A stretch of DNA of 64,000 nt from a virus, in the IMG/VR virus record IMGVR_UViG_3300027841_000073, positions 1 to 64,000 of that record. One strand, given 5' to 3'. Position 1 is the stretch's first letter. Every line of letters starts with the position of its first letter. The notes beneath the pieces were generated by a model. The model saw only the letters and a list, made by a program, of their open reading frames with translations, made no database searches and was not told where the DNA came from. Of the stretch, positions 49,915 through 59,098 are shown one piece after another. The translations under genes were made by a program, and so were the position numbers.

Positions 49915-50014
49915 ATCAATCCCCTTATTAGATTGAAATTATATAAAAAGAGAGTAATTCAAATTGAATAAGGCAATATGAAAAAGGGAGCTAACCTCTG
50001 TCCTCTCTTTTTAA

Positions 50015-51613
50015 CTACTTAGTTATAATAGTGCTAAAATTTTTATATATAGCCTTTGCTAATATATCCGATTGCTGAATTTCAAATTTTTTGCCCATTG
50101 CTTTTACTGAAAGCAAGGCAGAAGGAGTTTCATAAAAATGAGTAAGAGCGTATAATTCATCATGAATTCTAAAATTATTTCGCCATACTCTAAACCATAA
50201 TCTTATTTGATTTGAATCGATTTCTTTATTGGGCATAAAATACATTTTCAACCATTTTTTTACTACTTCTGGTTTAATATCATAAGGGTTTGGATATTTA
50301 TCTATATTTAGTATTTGAAGTATATTATCTTTTAACCATTTTTTCAATTTGGATTTTACAGGAACAAATCTGTAATGCAATACTTCATGTACTAATGTTT
50401 TAGATGCTTCATCAAAAGTAGCTACATTTAGTAATTCATTATACCTTATAGCAATACCATCGGAGTATTCCCAATAAACACCTAAACTACCCATGGAGTT
50501 TATGGTTATTTTTTCAGTACGGGCATAATATAAAACTGCATCCCCCATATATTTGTCTTTCACATAAGTACGAATAGTATCCAATAAATTTATTAAATTT
50601 TGTTTACAAGTATCATGGAGTTTTGTATCAAAATTTTTTGGATCAATAACTATATCGTAATCCTGTTTTAATGTTTGTTTAGCTTCTTGATCATCTTTTA
50701 ACCAAAAATGAATTTGTTCGGGGGGTATGGCTTTAGGGTTATTAGTATCGACTGCCCGACCTACTATATGATCCCCTGTTGCATCTACTTCAATAAGGGC
50801 ATCGGGATTTATATCGTATCTTACTAATATTTTGCTTTGTACTATTTTACCTATCCTTTCAAGAATAAAATCATTTATTACTCTTTCAATAGTCCCTATT
50901 AAATATTTACCATATTCTTGTGTAATTATTCTTTCCCCTACTTTCCAATTCCATTGTTTTCCTCTGAATTGTCCACCTTTTCTTGTTTCTTCCAAATGTT
51001 TTATTTCTAATTGTTTATACAATGTATCCGCAAAATGTTTAATAGCACTTTCCGAAGTTTCAAAGTTACCAATAAGGGTTTCCAACTTACTACCTTTCAT
51101 TTGTTGAACAACCCATGTATTATTCGGTAATGGTTTCACATATGCAGAAAATTTCTTTTTACCAATTTGAACATTGACAATGAAATAATCAAGATGTTTC
51201 ATTTTACTAATCTTGATATCTTTTCTATCAATAAACTCCTTATCTTCTTTTAATTTTTTAATATCTCTTTTTTCTTTTACTTCATTTATTTTTTGCTCTT
51301 GTTGTTTTTCTTCTATTTGCTCTTTAATATTTTCTGTTTCTTCATCTATTTTTGGTTCTACCTTTTTTTCAGGTATTTTTTCTTCCTTTGGTTTGTTCCT
51401 TTCCATTTCTTCCAATTGCTTAATAGCTTTTATAACTTTGGAATGAATAGGCCAAATTGATTCAGTTTCCTCACCATCATCAGTAAACCAAAGGTGATCA
51501 GAGTAATAAAACTTACGTTTACCTATACTGCCATCAGAATTCACTTTAAACAATTCCCCTTTATAGTTTAAAGCATACTCATTTTTACCTAATTTAATTT
51601 TTATTATGTTCAT
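50015..51613 (-). CDS. Multidomain protein with C-terminal zincin metallopeptidase motif
   Basis: TLVHEVLHY (HExxH) with downstream E candidates. First gene of the leftward block. Confidence 0.6.
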   Translation of the reverse strand: MNIIKIKLGKNEYALNYKGELFKVNSDGSIGKRKFYYSDHLWFTDDGEETESIWPIHSKVIKAIKQLEEMERNKPKEEKIPEKKVEPKIDEETENIKEQIEEKQQEQKINEVKEKRDIKKLKEDKEFIDRKDIKISKMKHLDYFIVNVQIGKKKFSAYVKPLPNNTWVVQQMKGSKLETLIGNFETSESAIKHFADTLYKQLEIKHLEETRKGGQFRGKQWNWKVGERIITQEYGKYLIGTIERVINDFILERIGKIVQSKILVRYDINPDALIEVDATGDHIVGRAVDTNNPKAIPPEQIHFWLKDDQEAKQTLKQDYDIVIDPKNFDTKLHDTCKQNLINLLDTIRTYVKDKYMGDAVLYYARTEKITINSMGSLGVYWEYSDGIAIRYNELLNVATFDEASKTLVHEVLHYRFVPVKSKLKKWLKDNILQILNIDKYPNPYDIKPEVVKKWLKMYFMPNKEIDSNQIRLWFRVWRNNFRIHDELYALTHFYETPSALLSVKAMGKKFEIQQSDILAKAIYKNFSTIITK

Positions 51614-51695
51614 AATAAACACCTATATTGTTAATATTGAAAAAGTGTTAAGAGTATTTAATTTTAAAATACATATACCTAAATTAAGGAATAAA

Positions 51696-52202
51696 ATGAT
51701 ACTATCAATTGATCCAGGCATGAAAACATTCGCATTAGCCTATATAAAAGACAATAAACCTATATATTTTTGCTATAATCCATATATTTCTAAACTGCAA
51801 ATAAATATAGATTCGATTAATTCATTTTATAAAATAGCAAAACTTTATATAAAACCAGTAGACAAAGTAATAATTGAAAGGTATGTTGCACGTAGAATTA
51901 CAAGAGGCATAAGTCCTGAAAAAATGAATATGTCTATTTTTTGTTTTGTATTTGCTTGTCTTCAAATGAACAAGCAAATTTCCCCTTTAACAAATTCATG
52001 GAAACGAATGCTAAAAGTAAATGGTAAAAGTGTTAAGTATGATTTAGTAATAGAGTATTTTAAAAAATTGGGTTACTTGCTAAAGGATAAACATTTTGCA
52101 GACTGCATGTTGATGCATCATGTAATTGAAAAAAACAATCTAAGTATTTTACAAAGTGGATTACCAATTTACAAAAAACTTAAAGAAAGAAAAGTAATAT
52201 GA
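51696..52202 (+). CDS. RuvC-like Holliday junction resolvase
   Basis: ILSIDPG, VIIER and HFAD acidic motifs; AAGGA SD and ATG 51696. Confidence 0.75.
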   Translation: MILSIDPGMKTFALAYIKDNKPIYFCYNPYISKLQINIDSINSFYKIAKLYIKPVDKVIIERYVARRITRGISPEKMNMSIFCFVFACLQMNKQISPLTNSWKRMLKVNGKSVKYDLVIEYFKKLGYLLKDKHFADCMLMHHVIEKNNLSILQSGLPIYKKLKERKVI

Positions 52203-52366
52203 AAGATGGATGGATAAGGAATGAAAAAGGATGGTACACTAAGGAGGAAGTAGGTGGGGTTTGTAAAGAGAAAACAGGATGGTTTTTCTACCCTAAAGAT
52301 TCCAATGAAAATGTAGGACCATTTAAAACACTCAAACAATTACAAAATAAATTAAAGGTTTACTAA
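52199..52366 (+). CDS. Small hypothetical protein (55 aa)
   Basis: Not in the track. MKDGWIRNEKGWY..., coupled at both ends (ATGA and TAAATG). Confidence 0.6.
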   Translation: MKDGWIRNEKGWYTKEEVGGVCKEKTGWFFYPKDSNENVGPFKTLKQLQNKLKVY

Positions 52367-53146
52367 ATGGATGAATATAGCTCACTTCAAGAACTCTCGC
52401 TCAAAGCTATTTTTAGTATTAGCAAACAAGGTAAATGTTTATTGCATGATTTCTGTTATGATAATTGGATTGATTGTGAAGGGGAAAGACACCCCTTTTG
52501 CATTTTAGAAACAAAGCTACATAAAAATGAAATAAGTAATGAATTGAAAGAAAAGTTATTAAATGAAAACATAATAAAAATATTACTTTCTTTACAATCA
52601 AAATTGTTAATAGATGATATACAATACCCAAAAGTAAAAATGATTGAATCAGTAGAAAATTTCATTTGTCCTTATTTCAGAAAAAGTGTTAAAGATTGTA
52701 GTTTAAAAATATGTCAGTATAACTCCCCTGTTATAATTGGGACATCGTGTATATTAAGTATGAAACCAAGACTTAAATCACGTATCCCAATTTCACATAT
52801 AATGATTACGAAAGACATACCTAAAAAAAGATTACTTAAATTGATTTTTGGGATTACCGTAGGTAAAAAATGGGATGCTTTAGAAATTTTAATAAAGGAA
52901 AATATTAATAAAGTTGAAACTTGTAAAAATTGTGGCTATATAAAAGAAGAATGTATTAAAAATGAAAAAGAATGTAGCAAACGTAAAAAATTGCTTCAAT
53001 GCATAGAAAATGAATGTATGATACCGGATCATTTGTTAAAGTATCCGATGATTATTGTGTTAATAAGTTCATATAAATTTTTTGGTGAATTTTTTAACTT
53101 TTTATTCTCGAAGAAAATCATTAACCATTATTTAAAAGGAGATTAG
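52367..53146 (+). CDS. Cys-rich hypothetical protein
   Basis: Several Cys clusters. Confidence 0.6.
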   Translation: MDEYSSLQELSLKAIFSISKQGKCLLHDFCYDNWIDCEGERHPFCILETKLHKNEISNELKEKLLNENIIKILLSLQSKLLIDDIQYPKVKMIESVENFICPYFRKSVKDCSLKICQYNSPVIIGTSCILSMKPRLKSRIPISHIMITKDIPKKRLLKLIFGITVGKKWDALEILIKENINKVETCKNCGYIKEECIKNEKECSKRKKLLQCIENECMIPDHLLKYPMIIVLISSYKFFGEFFNFLFSKKIINHYLKGD

Positions 53147-53148
53147 CT

Positions 53149-53772
53149 ATGACTGAAACAGCAATTAAAAAAGAAGACATTACAGAAGACAACCTTAACC
53201 TTGATGTACTTATTGAAAACAAACTTCCTATTTTTATATTGAATAGGTCCGAACCAAGAGGCGATGTTACTATTCAATACTTTCGAGCAAATGGTGATCC
53301 TGATTTAATTCTTATTCCTAAAACGTGGATTCCCATTGATATTTCAAAACAAGCAAGTCATAAAACATTAATGGATTGTGATGATCTTAGACGCAATATC
53401 AGAAATGGAATGTTGGAATTGATACCTCCAAGTAAAGGTGAAAAAATAATGGAGGATACTGATGCAATAGAAGAATATGAACGTATTACCATTAGTAAGT
53501 TTGCGGCTTATGGTAAAAAATCTGGTAAAGATGATAGCTCCTCTACTTTTGTAAAAGAACTTTCTGATACTACTAAAATCAATATTCGTATTCAGGATAT
53601 AATGAGTAGAAGTATAAGCGATCAGGAAAAGTACCAATTGCTTAGATCCGAAGAAGATTTACTCACCAAGGAAGATATACGATTTATTCTTTCCAAAGTA
53701 GAGTCTGATGGTAAACTTAAAAAATGGGCTTCCGATTTGTATGAAACCAAATTGAAGAAGAAAAATAAGTAG
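53149..53772 (+). CDS. Hypothetical phage protein
   Basis: Strong SD; N...PRG...IPKTWIPID motif. Confidence 0.65.
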   Translation: MTETAIKKEDITEDNLNLDVLIENKLPIFILNRSEPRGDVTIQYFRANGDPDLILIPKTWIPIDISKQASHKTLMDCDDLRRNIRNGMLELIPPSKGEKIMEDTDAIEEYERITISKFAAYGKKSGKDDSSSTFVKELSDTTKINIRIQDIMSRSISDQEKYQLLRSEEDLLTKEDIRFILSKVESDGKLKKWASDLYETKLKKKNK

Positions 53773-53785
53773 TATTTAAAAACAA

Positions 53786-53820
53786 TAATGGCGTGTAGCT
53801 TTCATTAGTACACGCCATTA
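53786..53820. terminator. Hairpin between convergent genes (probably a bidirectional terminator)
   Basis: 12-bp stem taatggcgtgta / tacacgccatta. Confidence 0.75.
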
Positions 53821-54321
53821 CTATTTTCTTAGATTGTTTCTTCTACGTTTTGAAACAGTACAAGTATGTAAATTTTCATTTTCAAGTCTATCGAATATAT
53901 CACATAATTGAGTAGTAATTTCTTTATGTAAATAAGTAAACCAATTTACATCATGTCTTTTTTTAATTGTCCTATGTATAAAATTGTAATCTGATTTTGA
54001 ATCTAAACAAGAACCATGCCTATTGGCAAAGGTACATTTATAGCAATACTTATGTACTATGCAAAAAGGACAAAGAAATCCAGAATTAAAATTATAGATG
54101 GAAGGTTCGGTACTAAAAGCAGTATAAAATAATTCATGCTCAAAAGATTTAAATATTCTTAATAATCTACTATATGATAAAGCCAATACTTCTTTTCTAT
54201 CTTCTCTCCCATAGAATGCTATTCTTGATGGGTAGCATAATTCTATAAAAGATTTATGCTTCCATTGCATAAATCCATCTATTAACTCTATCATTACTTT
54301 TTTATAGTATATGATGTTCAT
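53821..54321 (-). CDS. Cys-cluster hypothetical protein
   Basis: CPFC....C..C......C motif. Confidence 0.55.
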   Translation of the reverse strand: MNIIYYKKVMIELIDGFMQWKHKSFIELCYPSRIAFYGREDRKEVLALSYSRLLRIFKSFEHELFYTAFSTEPSIYNFNSGFLCPFCIVHKYCYKCTFANRHGSCLDSKSDYNFIHRTIKKRHDVNWFTYLHKEITTQLCDIFDRLENENLHTCTVSKRRRNNLRK

Positions 54322-55949
54322 GTTTTGTATAGATATCGCCTGTTGGCCTTTTGGAATAAATAATCGTAATTGTTTACCAGTATGGGTTCCATTGGCATTA
54401 GTGCGCCGCAGGATACTTTTTCGTGTATCCTGAATTTCTTGATTTCATAAGAGCTATGCAGTTTTACTTTGAATATTAAATCGTGTTTTTCCATATATTC
54501 TTCATCTGGTAGAAAAAATCTTCTATTGAGTAGCATTTTAACAGTTTGGTAATACTTAGTCTTTACTACTCCCGATATGGATAACCCATCCAGATTTAAA
54601 GCCGTAATGCAAAACCACGATTCTACATCATAAAATTTAAACTCATTCTGTAATTTACACGCTATGGTCTGCATTTCTTTGAAGTTTTTATATCGTACAT
54701 GTAGCTTGAAAACCGTATTGTAATGTTTTAACCATTTTACTTTTTTATTACCTACTAATTTAAAAAGAGATTTATGTTTTTCCCAAACTGTCTTTTTAAG
54801 TATCATATTTATGCTACTGGTATTCAATGTTTTCGTATTACCTACTAATCGTCTAATTACTTCTAACATGCCTAATCGCTTTAAATTCTTGAACATGTAT
54901 TTATTGGGAAAGTGTTTTTTAATACGACAATTCAAATGAGTATATTCCACGGTCATATAGCGTAGATTTCTTGGGTTATCAGGTAGGAATATACTCAAAA
55001 CATAATTTTTGAAAATAAAGTAGTTTTTGTAATTATCATTTTCAAAGAAAGCATCGAAGTATAAAGCCCCTTCTTTACCTTGATGTTTATCCGTATGATA
55101 AACGAGTATGGCCGCATTACATTTGAAATGTAGTTTCTCACTTTTAAGTAGGTGTTTAAAACCCTCAATTTGACCACAAAATTTATCCCCTTGAAATTTG
55201 AAAGTAATTCTACTTCTTGGAAAGAATAATTCTTCATTGTTTAATTGATTTATGATTTCTTTTGGTATTTTACTATGTATGAAATCCGTATTTACTCTTA
55301 ATCCATAATACATAAATTTGCATCGTGGCGAAGTAGGTATTTCAAAATTACTCTTATATAAATTCAAAATTACTTTTTCATTATTCCAAAGGTCTTTACG
55401 GTCAACATTATATTCTTTCGCTATTGGTTTACCAAAGTAGCCTGTCTGGTATTCGATATTCGGTATGGAATGATAGCTGTAATGGATTCGATACTTTTTT
55501 CTACCCAATTTGAATTTTAATTGATCCGTAAATTCAAATATCTCTTTAGGGGAAGAAAATATGTAACAATGAAAATGGTAACGCTTATCCTGTCCTACAT
55601 CCCTGTATAAAAAGTAAGTATTAACTACGGGATAAATTTCTCTCATTTTTCTTTCAATTCTATTTTGAATCTTGATTGCCTTTTTGTCAGTTTTGGGTTT
55701 CGGTAAATAAACAATGGAAAGTAGGTAATTGAATACCCCTCTTGATTTTCGCATCGTTTTATTTACTGTATACATTTGAAAGTAAGTTTCTTGTTTGTCC
55801 CATATAAAAGGTATTCTTATGTAATCAAATTTCCTTTTAATGGGAAGTAAATCAAGAGTATCTACTAAACAATCGTCAATCCATGTACGCGGATCAGATT
55901 CATCCGCTATTCCCCTGTACTTTTCATTAAAACGTATCATATTTCCCAC
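54318..55949 (-). CDS. Basic protein with an HUH-endonuclease-like motif set
   Basis: RYHFHCYIF (HUH) and YQTGYFGK (YxxK-like). Confidence 0.4.
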   Translation of the reverse strand: MGNMIRFNEKYRGIADESDPRTWIDDCLVDTLDLLPIKRKFDYIRIPFIWDKQETYFQMYTVNKTMRKSRGVFNYLLSIVYLPKPKTDKKAIKIQNRIERKMREIYPVVNTYFLYRDVGQDKRYHFHCYIFSSPKEIFEFTDQLKFKLGRKKYRIHYSYHSIPNIEYQTGYFGKPIAKEYNVDRKDLWNNEKVILNLYKSNFEIPTSPRCKFMYYGLRVNTDFIHSKIPKEIINQLNNEELFFPRSRITFKFQGDKFCGQIEGFKHLLKSEKLHFKCNAAILVYHTDKHQGKEGALYFDAFFENDNYKNYFIFKNYVLSIFLPDNPRNLRYMTVEYTHLNCRIKKHFPNKYMFKNLKRLGMLEVIRRLVGNTKTLNTSSINMILKKTVWEKHKSLFKLVGNKKVKWLKHYNTVFKLHVRYKNFKEMQTIACKLQNEFKFYDVESWFCITALNLDGLSISGVVKTKYYQTVKMLLNRRFFLPDEEYMEKHDLIFKVKLHSSYEIKKFRIHEKVSCGALMPMEPILVNNYDYLFQKANRRYLYKT

Positions 55950-56271
55950 CTTTCAAAATGAAAAACGCATAAAACCCTTAACACTTTTTCCATTTCTTCG
56001 ATGCTACTAAGAATTAAACCCTAAATTTCATATTGTCCCCGAATATCGAAGTAGTATGGTTTTTTCTTACTAGTTTTAAAAGTGTTAAAAACATATATGC
56101 CAGAAACGATTAAAAACGATTATCCCTATATATGTTATAAACATAAAAAACCGAAAGGGACACCGTATATATTATATCCACATTAGTTGTTAGAGGGAGG
56201 AGAGAGGTAGTCTGTATCGCCCATCGAAAAAAAATCAAAATAATTACTTTAGTAGAAAGGATACTAATTTT

Positions 56272-56784
56272 ATGAATAGTAATGAAATGAAAACAAAAGT
56301 ATTACACCATTACCGATTCAAGAAACGCTACTTGTATATCGCTACTGAAGTAGGTAGTTTTAACAGCGACATACTTTTAGATAATGGTAAGGAAATTCTG
56401 GAAGTAGAGATTAAAAATAGTAGGCAGGACATACTAAATGAAAGTAAGAAAAAGAAACATATGATTTATAAAAATGGTAATAAATACATGCCGAATAAAT
56501 TCTACTTCGGTATCCCTGAAAATCTTTATCAAGTATGTTTAGATAATCTAATCAATTCTGATTACGGTATCATTATCATATATGATAAGGATTTTAGAAT
56601 GACAAGAAAAGGCAAGACGGTTAGGAAAGAAAAATATGTTAAGGTTATAAAGAAAGCAAAAGTGTTAACTAAACTATATTCAGATACTTTGCATCATGAT
56701 ATTGTTATGCGATGTAGTTCTGAATTAATCAGACTTAGAATGTTATTTGACAAACATTTAAGTAATTTAAAAAGGAGAAAGTAA
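56272..56784 (+). CDS. PD-(D/E)xK nuclease-like protein (MmcB-like)
   Basis: TEV...SDIL...EVEIK.SR.D...KH...NKFYF..P...YGII. Confidence 0.65.
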   Translation: MNSNEMKTKVLHHYRFKKRYLYIATEVGSFNSDILLDNGKEILEVEIKNSRQDILNESKKKKHMIYKNGNKYMPNKFYFGIPENLYQVCLDNLINSDYGIIIIYDKDFRMTRKGKTVRKEKYVKVIKKAKVLTKLYSDTLHHDIVMRCSSELIRLRMLFDKHLSNLKRRK

Positions 56785-57347
56785 TGAATAAATTATCTGC
56801 AAACAATCCTAATGAACTTATATCATTAATAGGTAATAAATTAAAAGAAAGTCAAGAACCTTATTCTTCGGAGAAAGCAATAAAGAAGTATAAAGAAAAA
56901 CAACAACAAAAAAGAGATAATTTAAAAAATGGAAATGAATGTACTTGCAGTAAAAGAGATATTTATAATTCCAAAATCTATGATGATGAAGTAAGAGGGA
57001 TTAATTCTTACATGCTTTGTAATAATTGTAATGGTATAGTCTGGATTGAAAAAAAGAAAAAGGAATTTAATATTTGTTTAAATTGTTTCAGGCATTGTTG
57101 TGAAGTAACTAAATGTAAGTATCTTACTAAAGAAATGGAATGTAGTATTTATGAAGAAAGGCCGGAAGCATGTAAACTTTTCCCTTTTTATTTTAATCCA
57201 TATAAAGTAAAAGTAGAAGCATTACGTTCTTGTTGTCAATGGCAGTATTTTGAAAATGAGTATAACAAGTTATCAGAAGAAGATCGTAAAAAATTTGATG
57301 AAAGAGTAATTAATCATATTAAAGAAATATTAAAAGAATTAGAATAA
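56784..57347 (+). CDS. CxxCxxCC (YkgJ-like) metal-binding protein
   Basis: CLNCFRHCC...CKYL....CSIYEERPEACKLFPF. Confidence 0.75.
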   Translation: MNKLSANNPNELISLIGNKLKESQEPYSSEKAIKKYKEKQQQKRDNLKNGNECTCSKRDIYNSKIYDDEVRGINSYMLCNNCNGIVWIEKKKKEFNICLNCFRHCCEVTKCKYLTKEMECSIYEERPEACKLFPFYFNPYKVKVEALRSCCQWQYFENEYNKLSEEDRKKFDERVINHIKEILKELE

Positions 57348-57348
57348 T

Positions 57349-57837
57349 ATGATGAAAGTAGAAAAAATAAATAATTGTATATTTGATAAAAGTAAAAATT
57401 ATCGTTATGTTTTAAAAAGTAGTATTAGTAACAATGAAAAAGTAATTTCTTTTATTGGTTTAAATCCTTCCATTGCCGATGAATATAAGGATGATAATAC
57501 TGTTAGACGATGTAAGTATTTTGCGAAAAAATTTGATTTTGGACATATACATATGCTGAACATATTTTCAATTATTGGTACTGATCCAATTATTTTAAAA
57601 AGTGTTAATAGAAATAAAGTCATTGGCAAATTAAATGATTATTATATTGAAAAATATGTTAAGGAAAGCGATCTAATTGTTTTAGCTTGTGGCAATGGTG
57701 GATTGATTCATAACAGGGTTTATGAAATACTGGAATTAATTAATAGTACAATTTATTGTTTTGGTACTACTAAAAATAATATGCCTAAACATCCTCTCTA
57801 TTTAAAAAATAATACTACTTTAAAAGTATTTCCTTAA
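57349..57837 (+). CDS. DUF1643-family protein
   Basis: YRY.L...FIGLNPS.AD...DD.T...NIF....TDP...PKHPLY. Confidence 0.85.
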   Translation: MMKVEKINNCIFDKSKNYRYVLKSSISNNEKVISFIGLNPSIADEYKDDNTVRRCKYFAKKFDFGHIHMLNIFSIIGTDPIILKSVNRNKVIGKLNDYYIEKYVKESDLIVLACGNGGLIHNRVYEILELINSTIYCFGTTKNNMPKHPLYLKNNTTLKVFP

Positions 57838-57844
57838 AAAGGTT

Positions 57845-57973
57845 GCATTGTAAATTCATCTCACCGTGTTCCCAATCGGAAAGTTTACGGGTTACAATGC
57901 GTAAAAAAAATCCGTAAACCTCCATTCTCCTCTACGTTACAGGGTTTGGTAGGGTAATTGGGAAACACCCTGT
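57845..57973 (+). ncRNA. Candidate structured (pseudoknotted) RNA upstream of the tRNA
   Basis: Four complementary segment pairs in a GC-enriched intergenic gap (detailed in findings). Confidence 0.4.
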
Positions 57974-57986
57974 GTACTTTTTATGT

Positions 57987-58063
57987 GGACCTTTAGCTCA
58001 AATGGTTAGAGCGGCAGACTCATAATCTGAAGGTTTCAGGTTCAAGTCCTGAAAGGTCCACCA
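57987..58063 (+). tRNA. tRNA with CAT anticodon, Ile2 type
   Basis: GGACCTT/AAGGTCC acceptor stem, CT-CAT-AA loop, TTCAA T-loop and encoded CCA. The C4/C5 acceptor pairs fit Ile2 rather than Met. Confidence 0.9.
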
Positions 58064-58086
58064 TTTAAAAATAGAAAGGAGTAAAA

Positions 58087-58536
58087 ATGAATTTAACTTT
58101 GATGATAGGAATTCCGGGATGCGGTAAAAGTACTTATGTAAATGAATATTTTTATGATACTCAAATTATATGTTTGGATGATATACGTTTGGCATTAGGT
58201 AGTATTTATGACGATAAAACAGAATTGTTTGCAAGGGCAACGGCAAATACAATTATTAGAGCAAATATGTTAAGAGGAAATGATATAGTAGTGGATGCTA
58301 CTAATTTACAAATACCTATAATGGAAAACTATCGCAAAATGTGTAATGAATTTAATTATTGCATGTATGGTAGATTTTTTAATACTCCAAAAACCATATG
58401 TTATGAAAGGCGTGTTAAAAAAGGTTTTCCTGAAAATGTATTTTCGAGAATGTATGATGATTATGAAAAATTGTTAAAAGAGGATAGTTGGAAAAAATTA
58501 TTCGATGAAATTCAAATTGCATTTACTCATTGCTGA
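58087..58536 (+). CDS. P-loop kinase (polynucleotide-kinase/AAA_33-like)
   Basis: MIGIPGCGKST, D.IR and IVVDATN motifs. Confidence 0.8.
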   Translation: MNLTLMIGIPGCGKSTYVNEYFYDTQIICLDDIRLALGSIYDDKTELFARATANTIIRANMLRGNDIVVDATNLQIPIMENYRKMCNEFNYCMYGRFFNTPKTICYERRVKKGFPENVFSRMYDDYEKLLKEDSWKKLFDEIQIAFTHC

Positions 58537-58547
58537 AAGGGAATAAA

Positions 58548-59096
58548 ATGTATATACCAAAATACATGTTTCTTACAAAAGGAGTAGGAGTAAATAAAGA
58601 AAAATTAGCATCGTTTGAAAACGCTCTTTACCATGCTAAAATTTCTCATTTGAATTTAGTACAAGTATCATCTATATTTCCACCGCATTGTTGCATATTA
58701 CAAAAAGAAGAAGGATTGAAAAAATTACATGATGGAATGATTACGCATTGTGTAATGGCAAGGGAACAAACAAGTGAACATGATCGTAGAGTAGTAGCAA
58801 GTATTGGTTTAGCTTTACCGGCTGAAAAAGGTAAGTATGGTTATTTATCAGAACATCATGGATTTGGACAGACTGAAAAAGAAGCAGGGGATTATGCGGA
58901 AGATTTAGCGGCATCTATGTTGGCTAATACTTTAGGGATAGAGTTTGACCCTGATAAGGATTATGATTCAAGACGTGAAATTTATGAAATGTCCGGCAAG
59001 ATAGTAAATTCAGAAAGCATTTGTCAATCCTCTTTGGGTATAAAAAATATGTGGGTTACTGTTTTATCGGCGGCTATTTTTATAAAAGGAGAATAG
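58548..59096 (+). CDS. pdaD: Pyruvoyl-dependent arginine decarboxylase
   Basis: FLTKGVG...LASFE.AL...NLVQVSSIFPP (Ser-Ser self-cleavage site), YGYLSEHH and AEDLAA.ML. Confidence 0.9.
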   Translation: MYIPKYMFLTKGVGVNKEKLASFENALYHAKISHLNLVQVSSIFPPHCCILQKEEGLKKLHDGMITHCVMAREQTSEHDRRVVASIGLALPAEKGKYGYLSEHHGFGQTEKEAGDYAEDLAASMLANTLGIEFDPDKDYDSRREIYEMSGKIVNSESICQSSLGIKNMWVTVLSAAIFIKGE

Positions 59097-59098
59097 CA

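Noticed and set aside
899-51446. Many plus-strand ORFs in the track across the structural block (e.g. 7287..7601, 23068..23523, 36361..36795)
   Set aside because: They are antisense shadows of well-supported minus-strand genes, lack SDs, and have Phe/Ser/Leu-rich composition mirroring Lys/Glu codons.
57845-57973. HDV-like (theta) ribozyme assignment for the structured RNA
   Set aside because: The helix order does not fit the HDV nested double pseudoknot by eye, and the element lies 5' rather than 3' of the tRNA. It is kept as unassigned.
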